A stretch of 63,850 nt of DNA, counting the filler, from Octopus bimaculoides (Eukaryota), in assembly GCF_001194135.2 (NCBI RefSeq). It is 7 parts of 6 records of this genome, joined end to end, with 100 filler letters (N's around TTAATTAATTAA, not from the genome) between each part and the next. Parts side by side here need not be neighbours in the genome. Positions count along the whole stretch, not along the records: positions 38,596 to 62,082 come from NC_068999.1; positions 62,183 to 63,850 come from NW_026372790.1; 5 more parts are not named here. One strand, written 5' to 3'. Below are positions 49,016 to 63,850 of the stretch, piece after piece. The translations under genes were made by a program, and so were the position numbers. The notes below the pieces were generated by a model, which saw nothing but the letters and a program-made list of their open reading frames with translations, was not told where the DNA came from and made no database searches. Within the stretch, counting starts at the first letter, position 1; every line of letters starts with the position of its first letter.

Positions 49016-51844
49016 TGTGTTTGTGTGTGTATGTGTGTTTGTATGTGTGCGTGTGTGTATGTGTGTTTGTGTGTGTGTGTATGTGTGTGTGTGTGTGTAT
49101 GTGTGTGTGTGTGTGCGCGTGTGTTCGTATTGTTTTTCTCCGCTTAAAATCATGATGTGCTGAATATTTTGCTTAGTTTTTATGGGAAATAGATGTAACG
49201 GAAGAGGAAAACTATGTGCTGAATAATTTCGGACATGATTTAGAATATTCTAATTTAGATTTTATTAAGAGATTTCAACAATTAGATTCCCATCAATACA
49301 TTGCTCCCATCTCCACACAAATACTAATTCGATAACCATCATAATAAACACAGATTCATTCAACTATGAATACAACAAAAAATGACATTCATATTTTCTC
49401 AATAATGTTCCAACATAATGTCAAGTTTAGTGTGTGATTAAGCATGACGAAGAGAGCACTGAATCATATCATATTTCCAGTTTTGAAATAGAGTCGAGGG
49501 TAAATATAAAATAGTGAAATTGTGTTGATGAGTTAAGATTAAAAAGCTGAATAAAATTTTTCATTCTGACAATCTTTTGACACTACAATGATCGTTGCTT
49601 TTAGTGTTCTTTACATTCGTCACCTTTATTGAAAAATTTCAGAATGAAATGGTGCATTAATTTGGGTAACGATTGCAGTATATAACAACGTAATATTTTG
49701 TATAAGCGAATATTAAGAACATTATCGTTTAAGGCGGGAATGCATTACTATTGTGTAAGCAAATATTAACAACATTTATTCGTACTACAACGCAATTCGT
49801 GTTAGCAAAGAAGGTCATGAAGTCATGCACATAATGAAACTAATTCGATTTGAGGATAATTGATCAACTAGGTCTATTCACTATTCTCAATTTATACATT
49901 AAAATTTCAGGCGAGTCTGAAAGTTGGCGCATATTTTATGCTCTACTCGTAACCAAAGAAATTTAACTTGCTTCCACATACCTGGTGTTATATACAGATC
50001 TAAAATGTTTCTGATAATGAATTTGCTATTATCTAATTTGTATAATATAGGTATAGAATGTGACACACAGGATTAATGTAACAAACCATTGAACCAATCG
50101 ACTTTTCCACTGACAGTGACGGAAAAGTTTTCGCTTATGTCGAGTATAGAGTAAATCCTTTCTGATCCATGGCAATCCATTCTTTTATAAATATCTAAAG
50201 TTGGGCCTTACATGATTCATAAAACTGAGGTAAATAATATAAATGAGATATGTATTTTTTAAAATTATGTTCGAATTGTGTAAATCCATTTGAAGCCTGT
50301 ACTAATGCATTCATTTCTACAAATTATTAACCATTGTAACTAGCAATAGTTGAGCAGTCATATCAAATCGTACTTATACACATTCCATCTCCCACGATAT
50401 TTAAAACGATTTATGAGACATCAACTGAAACAATTTTGATATATGCATATATATATATATTATGGCGTCATATAATACAACATCATCTTGAATTTGATTG
50501 CAGGATGTATTGATATCCTAATACAATAGAGATGTAATCTGAAGAGCCGACGTGTTTACTTAAAGTTAATTCTACAACTAAACGGTATAATATGCACTCA
50601 ATGCAATGTCTATTAAGGCATTAGCGATTTAGTTTAGTGCAGCATCATGCAAATGAAATTGTACAGACTCTTAATGCATTCGTAATTATGTATGCAAATG
50701 ATCAATTACATATTGGACGCAAAATCTGACTACATATTTGTAAGTATACAAAAATAACAGCACATGAATTAATCATCAATATAGTTATTTATCTCCGGAA
50801 TGAAAATTGAAATGAAATGCAAACGACAAAATTGAGAATATAAAGGCGGTCGCAGGAAGATATCCTGCACTTCTGTAGTATTTAATGCTGTATCACAAGG
50901 ATTTAATTCAACCACAGTTCTAATCCTCAAAAACAAATTTTAAACATGCAAACAATTTGCTACTGCACTGATCTGTTGTATTCATATTTAAAAGAAAGAA
51001 ATACTTGCAGTATTCTTAAGCACTGCAAATAACCTGAAGCTCAGACATGGAATTAGAGATGGCATAGTGCGTCTTGCGATGTATTAACATAACATTAAAT
51101 ATTAAATGGCCACTCTAGGTTGAATGATAGCTTAAGTGGGCATTTAATCGTTGTGAAATATACAGACAACCTATAATGAAAAGTCATTTTTCCTTCCTAT
51201 GAAATACCATGAACATATATTTGTTTACATCGCTGGTATTCGTATACAATGTGTAGTGATATAACATTCTCAACAACCTCAAGTATCTTGTGGTAGAGGC
51301 ACGTATGGTGATGTTTGTTTGTGTTGGTATATGTTTATGTTATTTAATTGTATGAATCAGATGTACCCATAAAATTCCAACTCCAAAGTGATATGGAATC
51401 ACTTGTGCCTGTTTTCTTTCTTATTTACTTACTTAACAGCTTCAATAATTTTCATGTATATACTGTAGTGAAATTTTAATACAGTAAGAGCAAGAACAGA
51501 AAGTCTACTTCTAATGTCCAATATGGGTTGGTCTATGATATATATGCTTCAATATCATAATATACTATTAGGTATATGGGAAGCCAAACTGCAACATTAG
51601 GCAGATGAACTAAGTATACGGAGTACGTTTATGCAGTAAAACTCTATTACAATAGAAACAGACATTTTTTTGTTACGAGAAAATTCATTTCACGTAAACG
51701 ATGCAACATATATAAATATAATTATACGCATTTTGTAAGTGTGCCTGTGTACATACTTATATGCATAAAAAACTTTGAATGCATATATATGTCTAAATGC
51801 ATGCATACGAACATATAATTATGTATATCTATGTATATGCAAAC

Positions 51845-51919
<75 letters not shown>

Positions 51920-52567
51920 AGTGTGTGCGTGTGTTGGCTTGTGTGTGTATGTATTCAAAGCAGACGCAACACCTATAAAATTATCGCAAAATATATCGGA
52001 TTCCCAAAATATTTGAGTGAAAAATAAATTGCAATTCTCGTGATAACAATCTTTACGTTATAGAAGCGAATATACGGAAGGAATAGTACCATTTGCCTTC
52101 ACAAAAAATTATTTTTTTAATATATATACATTCTCTATGAAGATATATAATAGTTTGTATAGCAATGAATTATCGATAGAATTGTAGCATTTTATACCAA
52201 TTCGTTGTAAATTTATATAAATTCACTCTAAATTACTTACACTCAATATGTATACATGTTATGTTTGATAAATGAGGAAACGTACAAAAGTTCATTTGAA
52301 GAATAATAATCCTTAGATAAAAATATGTATTTTGCAACTATAATGTAAATTTAGGAAATCGAAATGCATTTAAATAAGAAGCAAATAATATCCAGAATAG
52401 AATATTGAGAGAAAACGTCAACTTACCATGAGTGAAGGTGTTAACATAGTTTGTCAGCTTATTTTGCAATGCGCACACATGTATGCGCAGGCTCAAACAC
52501 AAAGGCACATAGACACACACACAAACACACACACACACACAATTTAAATAATAAGAGAAAATCATCG

Positions 52568-52890
52568 ATGTGCGTGCAGCTGTGAGGAGAAATCGTCGTA
52601 TCACCATCAGTGATTTATCAGATGATACTTAGGATGCTGCAGATTAGATCGTTTTCATTGTGTCAAGACAGAGGAAAACTTTTTCAAAGCTTTGAGTAGG
52701 TCTCTGAGCAGGTATCAAGCTTTGGGCAAAATTTGATGCAGATTTTCTGCTCAATTTTCTGTCATGGTCAATGAGACTATGACACGCTAGACACCTTCCT
52801 TTGAAGCACTGGTGTAAATTGCGGAAGTGAGCTAATATACATATATATATATATATATATATACGTAGTCTGATCAATAAGTGTCCGGAT
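52568..52890 (+). mobile_element. Mariner-like relic
   Basis: VRAAVRRNRRITISDLSDD (HTH-like), aaatttgatgcagatt..ctgctc segment and a tacgtagtctgatcaataagt TIR-like sequence. Confidence 0.4.
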
Positions 52891-53510
52891 TGTGTGGAAG
52901 AAGGACACTAACACGTTAATTTACTGCTATATTATTAACAAAGATGCTTATCTTTTATTTAGATTGTTTAACTGTCAATAAACCACTTAAATTTTGCAAT
53001 TAGAAATTTTGTTAAATTTTGAAACGTTTTGAAGGCTATTTCTCAGAGGATCATCGATAGCTTTCCTTTCAGTTCAGTGAAACTTATACCCGCTGCCTGA
53101 CATTATCACCATACTATTTTAAAGTAATTATTCATAAGGAAATACAGGATCTTCCACTCACCAAAGTCTGATGTTTGATAAGTGATATGCCTTTTCTCAC
53201 TTTATCACACATTTATTCAGTTATTTTATGCTATACCATTTCTGATTGCTTATGTATACGTAAACATTTTAAAATACAGATTTGAAGCAATATGGTTTAT
53301 ATTTCTATTATTTTATTGATAGAATATTTCTTACATTTAATTTGAATATTGAACACTACAATATTATTAATGCAAATTACAAAACTTGTTTCCACATTTT
53401 AATCTGTAAACTACATGGAAGTATATATTGTTAGAATTAGTTACTGCATACGAAGTCAGTACTGTTTAATATATTTTGGTATAATTAATTCTATAATAAA
53501 CTTTATGAGT

Positions 53511-54026
<516 letters not shown>

Positions 54027-54539
54027 ACATGTATTGCATATATTTGTGGGCCTTTTACCTCGTGGTGTTGTTGTACTTAAGTTTTTCCAGAATTAAAAAA
54101 AAAAACACACGCTGCTCAAACTGAGTGATTATAAAACCACTCCATTACACATGTTTATTGATATATATTTCTGAGACAAAATTATTTATAGATCAAACTT
54201 TACGGGAAATTACATTATTTACATTTATATATCTACATTAAAAATGTATTGCAATTTGATAGTGATTACATGTGTTAATATGCTACATAAATGGAACCGA
54301 GTACTACTGTAACATTAAATTTGCAACAGAGGTAATATATATCTCTGAATAAATTGGAAATGTTATTCAATTATAAAACGCTAACAGACGTACAATCACA
54401 TACAGGTATATTTATGCGTATTTGATTCTATGTAATGAATAATCGGTAATATATTCCTTTTTCATACTTTATTCTGTATGATATTTATTTATAGTTTTTG
54501 CAATAAAAATATATGACATTTATAAATACAATGCCCGTC

Positions 54540-54925
54540 GAAATTAAAATTCAGTACACAATCACGCGCGCGAGCAAACACACACACATACACAAACACA
54601 CACATTCACACGCGTGTCCGCGTATACACATAATACACTCTCATACACATAAACATTCGCGCGCACTAACACATACGCTGACACACACACATAGACGCAC
54701 ACGCGCGCGCGTGTACACACTTACACTCATACACACAAACACACGCGCGTGCGCACTCACACACACGAACATACGCACATACACACACTGATATACATAC
54801 ACACAAACACGCAGTCTCACACGCTCACGCACACACACGTACACAAACGCCCACACACGCATACAAGCACAAGCAGATGCACCCGAACACTCACACATCC
54901 ACACACACACACACATACGCACTCA
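54540..54925. repeat. Degenerate (CA/CG)n tract
   Basis: Alternating purine-pyrimidine low complexity. Confidence 0.9.
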
Positions 54926-55129
54926 AACGACGTGAATATCGAAAGGACACGATCCGTTGGGATATTTTGCAAAGTTAAGAGACAAGAGGTAAACACGTGC
55001 AGTTCTTATGTGACATCAAACATACAGGAAAAGGACTGTCGAAAGGCGTACATGATCATGGGAAGATGATATAGTGAAATGACGATAGAGAGATGCCAGA
55101 ATATGGAATAATCAGGAGGGAAAAGGAGC

Positions 55130-55130
<1 letters not shown>

Positions 55131-55185
<55 letters not shown>

Positions 55186-55219
55186 AATAATAAAAATACT
55201 AATACTAATNNNNNNNNNN

Positions 55220-55253
<34 letters not shown>

Positions 55254-55277
55254 TTAATAATAATAATAATAATAATA
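55131..55277. repeat. (AAT)n microsatellite
   Basis: Visible array with a small gap. Confidence 0.95.
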
Positions 55278-56149
55278 AACACAGACGTGTTGGGAATATA
55301 GATCAAATCTGAAATTATCACAAAGCAGGAATTAAGAATCCGTGGAGACAATGAAAACAAACTCTGTCTAAATGTAAGCCATCTCAGGAAACTGAAAGAC
55401 TTTGCTAATATGAGGTATTTGTGTAAAAAAAGAAATAAACAGTTTCCCCCAGATGAACGGTTACAGTAACGTCCGTAAAAACGTAAACATGTTTCTATAC
55501 AAAAATTGCAAACCTGTGAGTAAAATTGTGAATTTTACACTTTAATTACATATACCATCCAAATTTTTACAAGTCCTCTGTATATAATCACATTGATATT
55601 TCTTCTCGGTCTCTCCAGGATGCATCAATAAATATTGTAATTATACTAGTGAAATAAACATCAGCGCATGTCCATCGGCGGTGTACACTTATAAATGATC
55701 ATAAGCACTATGAAATAGTCGATATATGATTTTAAAATATTACTATGCAACACAACACCAAAAAGACTTGCACGAATTTACTCATACACTAAATATGAAA
55801 CAACATGAACAAGGTCCACATGCGAAGGCCGATACCCCATAGAAGAACACAAACAAGATACACTACTAAAACTAATACAACAGAAAACTCAAAAGAAACC
55901 CCATCACAAAATATAGCGATACAATACAATGCCCCACCCCGCCAAAAAAAGAGTGTAGCACTCACCACTCTACCAGCACAAAAGGTGTAAGAAATGACGC
56001 TATAGAAAGTTGCTTGAAATTTTTAGACGTCGAAAAATTGTAGTGGTGATGACGAAGGAAACGAAATAATAGTGTTGATGAGGAGGTGACCTTCGCCATC
56101 ACCTTATAATTTCTGTTAACTCACTTTATGAGAGACAGTAGTTTCTGAA

Positions 56150-58891
56150 GAACTCTGGTTGCAACAGCGCAAATGAAGCTGGACCTTTAAGAGAAGGCCT
56201 TTCAGTCGGCGGTGGTTTAGTAAATATGCAGACTGACCACAGTTGTTATCCTAATACAGCATCAGCAGATAAAACAGAAAGGCGGAGGATGTGGAGGAGC
56301 GAAACAAACAAGATAGTGCTGCAGTCTTATTTCGAAAGGGAACTTAAATGAAGTGTCTATACAAAACGGATTTTAACATTTTAGGTAAAATAGATCACAA
56401 GAGAACTAGCAAAGAAAGACCGGGCAATAGGATAGACAAATAACATAGGAGATAAAGCTCAAACCAAAGAACAATCTAAAGGAAAATGATAAGAGCGACA
56501 TCAATAAGGAAGGGACAACTGGTGACGAGCTGCAAGAAGTAATGAATAAAGGAGTAAGAAAATGATTGCCAGCATTCAAAGGCACCAACGGAAGTAAGTT
56601 GCTAGAAATGACTGGGAAAGTAAATTATCTTATCAATATGATAGGTACTAAACATATAGGAGACACTAAGTTACTTATCTATGCAGGAGTTACCAAAAGG
56701 TTAAATATATCACAGGGAAAGATTTAAAAAAGATCAAATGTGGAATACGAGACTATAAAATAGAGTGAGAATTTTAAGAGAAGATCTAAGTAGAATAGAA
56801 GCCTGAAAACTGAATAAGTTAGAAAACACAAGATACAAATCTTCCCTCGGGAAAATATACTTAGTCAACGAGAAAGGATTTGGGGCAGTGATAGAAGAGT
56901 TGAAACAGCTTATCATAGCTGTAGCAGACAAGCTCACCAGATATCAGAAGACAATACATCTCTATCAAAGAATAGATAAATTGAGACAAAAGAGAAAAGA
57001 CTTTTATAACTAAATAAATAGTGGAGAATGATGTACTGAAGATGAGAAGCCTTATGCAGAGGAAGGTAGAAAATTCTGGACTAATATTTTGGATAAGCCA
57101 GTCAAAAATAATGGAGATGAAGTATCGTTAAAAATGTGAGAGAAGAAGTAGTGAGTGAGAAGCAGCCAAATGTAAGATTAACTACTGCATTAATGAGTAA
57201 ATTGTGAGAAGAAATGCCGAATTGAGAATGCCCCGGACCAGATTTAATTCAAGAGTACTGGATAAAGAAAAATAGTAGTTTAGATGGAATAATGAGGGAA
57301 CAACTTCAAGAATGCTATAATGGAGGGATAATACGAGATTAGATGACTAGAAGGATGGCAATACACATCATGAATGATAAGTGCAAGAGTAATACAGCTA
57401 GTAACTATAGACCAATCAGTTGCTTACCATTAGTGTGCAAGCTGTTATCAAAAATAGTTTCAGAAAGTATTTACGAGCACCATGAGAACCAGAATTTACT
57501 GCCAGAATAACAGGAGAGGTGCAAGAAGAGGCCTAGTGAAACGCAAGATCTATTATACATAGACACAGTATTTCTCAATGAAGTAAAACATATAAAGACA
57601 AATCTAACAGTAATATGGATATTCTATAGGATAGCCTATGACATGATACCGCACTCATGGCTCAGTGAATGTTTGAGTATATTCAATATAGAAAACAACT
57701 TAAGAGAATGAATTAGCTCTAGCATGAAGACATGGAAAGTAGATGTCTGCTCAGGTGACACACTGTTAGGGAAAATTAATATCAAAAGAGGAATTTTCCA
57801 GGGAGACTCACTGTCTTCTTTAATATGTGTCTCATGTTTGATCCCACTGAGTTTAGTATTAACGTAGGCAATGGAACAGAATCAGTTCTAAATTAGTATG
57901 GAAAAAATTAAGCATTTGCTCTACATGGATGATCTGAAGATGTTTAGTAAGCATGAAAAAGAGATTAGTTCCTTAATATAGGCTGTAAGACTCCACAGCA
58001 AAGATATAGGCATGGAATTCGGCATACATAAGTGTGCAATATTAGTCATGAGAAGGGAACAGGTAGTCAGCAGTGAAGACATCCAATTATCAGATTGCCA
58101 GATAACAAAATTACTGAAATGAGGAGAGAGCTATAAGCATCTAGGAGTACTAGTATCTGATAGAGTACTAACTATAGAAATGCAAATTAGAGTACATCAG
58201 AAGGGTGCGGAAGCTAAGGAAGTCAAAGCTAAATGGTTTGAATTTAATAAAGGCTTAAATGGCAGTTTTTGCTGATTGGATGAAAACGGAATTAGCAAAA
58301 CTAGCTGGAAAATCTAGGAAGGACTTCAATATAAATTGAGGAATCCTCTCATGAGCAGGCGTAGCAAAACAAAAGAAAATAGAAGACGGCGTGGAGCTAG
58401 CTAGAGTAAGTATAGACGCCTATGAAGGAAATGGTGAAGAAAGATTTTTAAAAGCTGCTGCAGTCGCAAACAAACTTAAAACCAGAGAAAAGAACAGAAA
58501 CTATCTGACTGCTGGAAGAGGGTGTTGCATGATAGATTCCCAAAGATAGTTTCAGGAAATAGTAGCAGTGAGACATGCTCACAATTGAAGAAGGGAAGGC
58601 TAAAGATGGAGACAGAAAGTTAGTTAGTAGTTGCACAAGAACAAGCATTAAGGACTAATTGGATAAAAGCCAAGATAGACAAAATCAAAGTAGATTTCCA
58701 GTGTAGATTATGCAAATCAAAAGTGGAAAGCATTACTCATATAGTAAATGAATGTAGCATGTTGGCACAGAAAGAATACAAGAACAAACGCGACAATGTA
58801 GGGAGAGCTATCAACTGGGAGCTATGTAGAAAGATACGGTTCGAACATACTGATAGATGGTATGAATATGACCCTAGTAAATTACTAGAAG
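56150..58891 (+). mobile_element. Long decayed R4/Dong-like LINE
   Basis: WRSETNKIVLQSYF N-terminal motif; [34 protein letters not shown] and HLLYMDDLK RT motifs; CRLC..ESITHIVNEC zinc knuckle at about 58700-58760. RLE is missing and there are many stops. Confidence 0.85.
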
Positions 58892-60299
58892 TAAGACATA
58901 TAACATATTTGGCTTCAACAGTTAGACTTACAAACTAGTAGACGATGATGGTGATGATTATGATGATAATTCGTTCTCTCGGTGAGCGCTACTTACTTTT
59001 AATCTCTTCCTTGTTTTTCGTTTTCTTCAACTATTTTTGAGTTATTTGAGTATCGGAGACCCAATATAGGCTGTCTCCTATTCCAAATGTTAATATTTGA
59101 TCACCATACCTTATATATTTTTGTAACTCAGACATACACGTCACTTATTTACCATTAGTAATACTATTTGCCAATATATACTTCGCATCTGTTAATAATG
59201 CATATAACTGCGTCTCATTCCCCCCCCCTATCTCTCTCCCTGTAATTTGTATGCACATGGCTGAAGAATATTTGCAATGCAAATAATTCAATATTTCATG
59301 GTTATTTTTTTAGTTTATTACGTGAATTCACACTCTACATTGTGTTGCATCTTACCGAAACACTAAAAGTAAATGGAGAACTATGAAACTAGTAGGAAAC
59401 ATCGTCTAACAGCAAATAAATTATGTTTTGGTTTTTCTTTCATAATATCTGGCCACGTGATTGAGAAATACGCTGATATATCTGAAACTTAATTTTAATT
59501 ATTCATTCAGGCAACTCAGTGCTAGAAATCTCTTAAATATGATGATTTTTTGTTCAGAGCACGTTCTCGATAAATGAAAAAAAAATAGAAGATTATCACA
59601 CTTGAGAATGATTTTCCATTCTTCAAATACGGCATAGGATGCCACAATTAAAAGTGCGCTCCTTCCCTAATAAAATTTGTGTTTTCGACAAGTCGCATTA
59701 TTTATCAGTTGATATACATAGAAATTCACAGAAACAAAGATGTAGACGATTTTGCGAAGGTTACGAACTAACCTTGATCGTATGCAAGCCATATGGATGA
59801 TTTGATGTGTGTGCATCTCCACACACCAGCCGAAAGCTTCTTACGCATAAACTAACGAAATACATGATATTATTTATAACCATGCATCTGTGTCAATTAT
59901 CTTTGTATGACTTGCATTGGTTTCACTTTAAACTATATTGATAACATAACATAAACATAACATAAACATAAAAGAATGCACGCACACACATTTTGCTGTC
60001 TGTGTTTATGTTATACTAAAAAGTGTTGTACATTAAAGTGAAGGATTATTCAGTTCGTTGGTGGCTTAGCCGGCTGCCACGCCCTAGTCACTGTCAAAAC
60101 AATTCTTTTTAAACAATGTGTGTGTATTTGCGCGCGTGCTTTTGTGTAAGGGATTCTTTCAGATGCTATAATTTTAAAGGCTTAACCGCTTCCACAGATT
60201 CATTTGATTCCCAGAAGTTAACTGAGATAGAACGACATGGGGGCTGTTCCGCAACAGGCTTCTAAGTAGAGTTCGAAAAGTACACCCTTTATAGAGAGA

Positions 60300-62082
60300 G
60301 AATAAGGCCCACTTTAGTATCTACTTAGGGTACAAGTTAACCAGTAGAGGATGATCTAATGATTAGGCTTAGAAATACTTGTACTTTCCCCGATACGTAC
60401 ACTGGGTTGATATCATGTAACAATATTCTTTGCGCCGAACGTGAAAACTGACAGGAATGAGTGAATGTGCATAACAACAGTCCCAAACAGTCAGGCGGTT
60501 TAAATTGTTTAATCTGTCAGGTGTTGAGGGTGCAGGTATTGCTTGTACGTAGCATGGATGTGGTTTGTATGTAAGCACATTGGTATAAAGTTTGTCACTA
60601 AATTCTAGCCTTTTGTCATGCGCAAAAAACACATCATAATGCCCTAAGTTTAGTTCATAGGCAGCGTAAATTCAACATGCCAATAAGATTGATAATAACG
60701 TAGACAGCGTAAAATTTATATAGGTCTCAGAGAAAACACCTTTAAGAGCCGTTTTATGCAATGCCTTTACATATGATTCTTAACGATAGCAGAAAGAATT
60801 TGACATTGCTTTTTAAAAGCATCTGCTACCTAAAGTGGAGCATTTTAGCTAAAGTACATGCAATTAAATATAGTACATATAATGGATGTGATACAAAATG
60901 TAATCAGTTTGCAATCCAACAACTGCAAAACTGTCTCCAACAACATTCTGAAAGAAATATTTGCCCGTCTCCATATGAGGAAATTCGTTCTACAAGCATT
61001 TAAACATAATCCTCCTTCACATGAATTCCATCTACAAACAGGATAGCAGCAAACGTGAATGCAGATTTCTAGTCTTGAATCCTCACTTTTCATCTTTAAC
61101 TTAATAATGTGTGTGTATGCTGCCATTACCCTAATCACCATTGTCATTACAATTGCTCCACCATTTTATCGAAGGCTTTATCTTTCCCATTACAAACATC
61201 CCGTGAACTCTAAGTATCAGTACATATACACTTTACATCACCAATGCCAGCTTTAGGACCTAATCCACAGTGCACTCATATCTGCAAACAATTCCCCTTT
61301 ATTAAATAGTTGTTGATCACTTGTATCTTTAACTATGTTCAATAAATTCATCGTAGTAGCTATCATATGTTATTCCAGTGTCTTCATTTGTTCGAAGCAT
61401 CTTCATCGTTGTTTTTATCATAATTTACCTGTTTTCTATTTTATCCAAATGTCCTGTCTTATTAAACTGTTGAACTATTCATGTTTGTTTTACTACATTC
61501 TTTCCTTCTTTTCTCTAACATATTTTTTCCTATTTTACCACTTTGCTGTTTTCTGTCAATGAATTTTATAATTCTTATGAAATCTTTCAATAACCTTACA
61601 TTCCCATATTTGAAAGTTATATTTCTATCCTAATCTGTCTTTGATTTTGCTAATCAGCTTTTTCCTAATCATTTTTTGTCTATAATCATTTTTTCCAATA
61701 CTTTAACAATATGTTTCAAATATTGACGGACGTTATTGATTTCCAAAAGAGGGTTGTTTCCCAATGTTATTGCCCCCTTTGTCTACATACTTATCGCATT
61801 TCAGTTATTTTCTTTTAATCTTCTTCAAATACTGACAATTACTTCAACTCAGAAGACGAATTGTTAAGTGTTCCTTTCTTTTTAATTATCAGGTTTCCCA
61901 TTTTCCTCCAGTAATTTCTTTCATTAATTTTCAAATGTTTATTCACACTTAATCTCAGTTCAACCCAAAATCTTTTAAATTAATGTAATCTATATGTTGG
62001 TTAGAATTTTGCTGTTTGAAAATTAATGAAAGAAATTACTGGAAGAAAATGGGAAACATGATAATTAAAAAGAAATGAACAC
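60300..62082 (-). mobile_element. Highly decayed Penelope-like RT relic with terminal inverted repeat
   Basis: Fragments in the expected order: LKENN..VDKGGN (about 61780), DVKCICT (about 61235), TNF..GKYFFQ (about 60970), INFTL (about 60715), YKP..QYLHP (about 60550). IR at 61868-61936/62015-62082. Confidence 0.4.
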
Positions 62083-62182
62083 NNNNNNNNNNNNNNNNNN
62101 NNNNNNNNNNNNNNNNNNNNNNNNNNTTAATTAATTAANNNNNNNNNNNNNNNNNNNNNNNNNNNNNNNNNNNNNNNNNNNN

Positions 62183-62225
<43 letters not shown>

Positions 62226-62444
62226 GATTATTGAAAAGGTTGCAAGACGCAACATAAGTTTAGAAAAAATATTTAAGTAAATGAGTGGAAATTGAACGGG
62301 TGAGTGTGTTAAATAATAAAGTACTAAAAGAAAATAACTCTCACCAGACACAAAAAAATATGTTTCAACAAACGAATTCACATAAAATATCTTGCAAACC
62401 AAATACAATAGCGAAATACAATATATAATAATAATAATAATAAC

Positions 62445-62479
<35 letters not shown>

Positions 62480-63419
62480 AAATAATATGTGAGTATATGC
62501 ATATATACGTACATGTATGTACATACCTACATTTACATGTATATATAGATGCATATCTGGGTATAGGACGTTACAAACAAACGTGGACAAAATGAAAAAC
62601 AGAACATAAACAGAGTACAGAAAACACACAGGCCACATAGAGAACAGTTCCTTCATCTGCTGTCACCATTCTAAAACTAAGCGTTTCGAAGAGTTAGGGC
62701 AGGACGCATTGTTAGAATGGCTCTTCCAGCGGTAGCAAATTAAATTTGTAGTGCGGAGGAATATCGTGGCGAACAGAAAACATGACAGGAAAACAAAACA
62801 GTGAAAATAAACAAGAAGGGCTAGTAGGGCCAAGACGCGAAAAAATATATATGTATACTGAACGCTGTGATGAGACGAACTGGAAGGGAGACAGAAGTTC
62901 GTGCTGGCTTGGCAATAGCCAAGATAAGAATAGCTTAATTTTCGGCGTCCAACACACACACACACACACACACAAAAACGAAGCAGTGCACCAAGTCAGA
63001 GAAAAACTGCAAGTTTCCAGTGGCAAGTATTCAACCTACAAAAAGAGAAACAAGGGTCAGATTGAGCTAAATATGCTGTAATTTAGGTTCTTCGTTTATT
63101 GAAATTATTTCCGTTTTTGGAGAAGGTAAACTAATCGCCTGGTGCAATTAGGATCAAATCCAAATAAGGATGGGAAAAAATTCAAGTGTTCCAAAACTGA
63201 CATCCGTAAAGGCATAAGGTCTAAGAGAACAGCTGGGGACACGTGTTTCTGCATCAATAAGTGTCATCCACACAGCTGATCTTTCCAGCCGACGAGATAC
63301 TTTTAACATAAAGGAAAATAAGCAAGAAACACATTTGAAATGAGAATTTATGATGTAGGGTGTTTCATATACCTTTATTCGTGTTCGTTATTTGACATCT
63401 GTCTTGCTGGTTAGCTATC

Positions 63420-63745
63420 GATCTGTCTAAAGCTCACCTTGCAGCCTTGTGGATTTAGGTTCAGTCCCACTGCGCAGCATCTTGATCTTGTGCAAGTGTC
63501 TTCTAATACTGTACCAGATCGACCAATGCCTTATAAATGAACTTGATAGACGGAAACTGCATGAAAACCCGAGGTGTGCGTGCGTGTGTATGTTTGTGTT
63601 TGTGTCCCTGTAATCAGACACCAATAGAATAAGTACCAGACTGAAAGAAAAAAAAAATACTGGGCTCAATTTGTTCGTCTAAATCCTTCAAGGCGGTGCC
63701 CCAGCATGGCCACAGTCCAGTGACTGAAACAACGAAAAGACAATA
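63420..63745 (+). mobile_element. SINE family B
   Basis: ggttcagtccc B-box, body, ccagcatggccacagtc..tgactgaaac tail. Confidence 0.75.
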
Positions 63746-63850
63746 CACACACACACACACACACATTTATACATATGTATGTATATGTATCTTTATCTCA
63801 CTCTCTCTTTCTCTCTCTCTCTCAATATATATATATATATATATATATAT

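Noticed and set aside
60369-60632. WDCCYAHS as the missing PLA2 catalytic exon
   Set aside because: Wrong strand, HS instead of HD, wrong D-x-CC spacing, and inside the probable PLE relic.
60761-61046. Cys-containing plus-strand ORFs as further PLA2 exons
   Set aside because: No PLA2 C-terminal pattern and a weak acceptor. Better explained as the antisense of the decayed retroelement.

Overview
Eukaryotic, AT-rich, repeat-saturated DNA with many assembly gaps. The SINE, LINE and microsatellite landscape looks cephalopod (Octopus-like), which is an inference and not a database result. There is no intact multi-exon gene. The only convincing host exon is a secreted phospholipase A2 (group I/II-like) exon at 21217-21361, next to a scaffold join. 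Other recognisable coding DNA is dead or mobile: an intronless, 3'-truncated RTCB retrocopy fused to a retroelement tail; R4/Dong-like RLE LINE pieces inside (AAT)n arrays; a Tx1/L1-like ORF1; a rearranged Naiad-type Penelope-like element (RT + GIY-YIG); a second decayed Penelope-like element; a Charlie/Buster-type hAT with TIRs and an 8-bp TSD; an hATm-like transposase relic; and at least five SINE families. The most interesting object is a 490-bp palindromic insertion (33192-33681) with an 11-bp TSD. It consists of two head-to-head copies of a tRNA-headed element, each carrying a minimal Penelope-type hammerhead ribozyme, suggesting a Pol III SINE/retrozyme mobilised by Penelope-like elements. 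Further hammerhead-like motifs occur at about 23570, 36800, 42690 and 59280. Most ORFs in the supplied track are microsatellite or gap artefacts. Alignments and folds were done by eye, so coordinates of degenerate elements are approximate.
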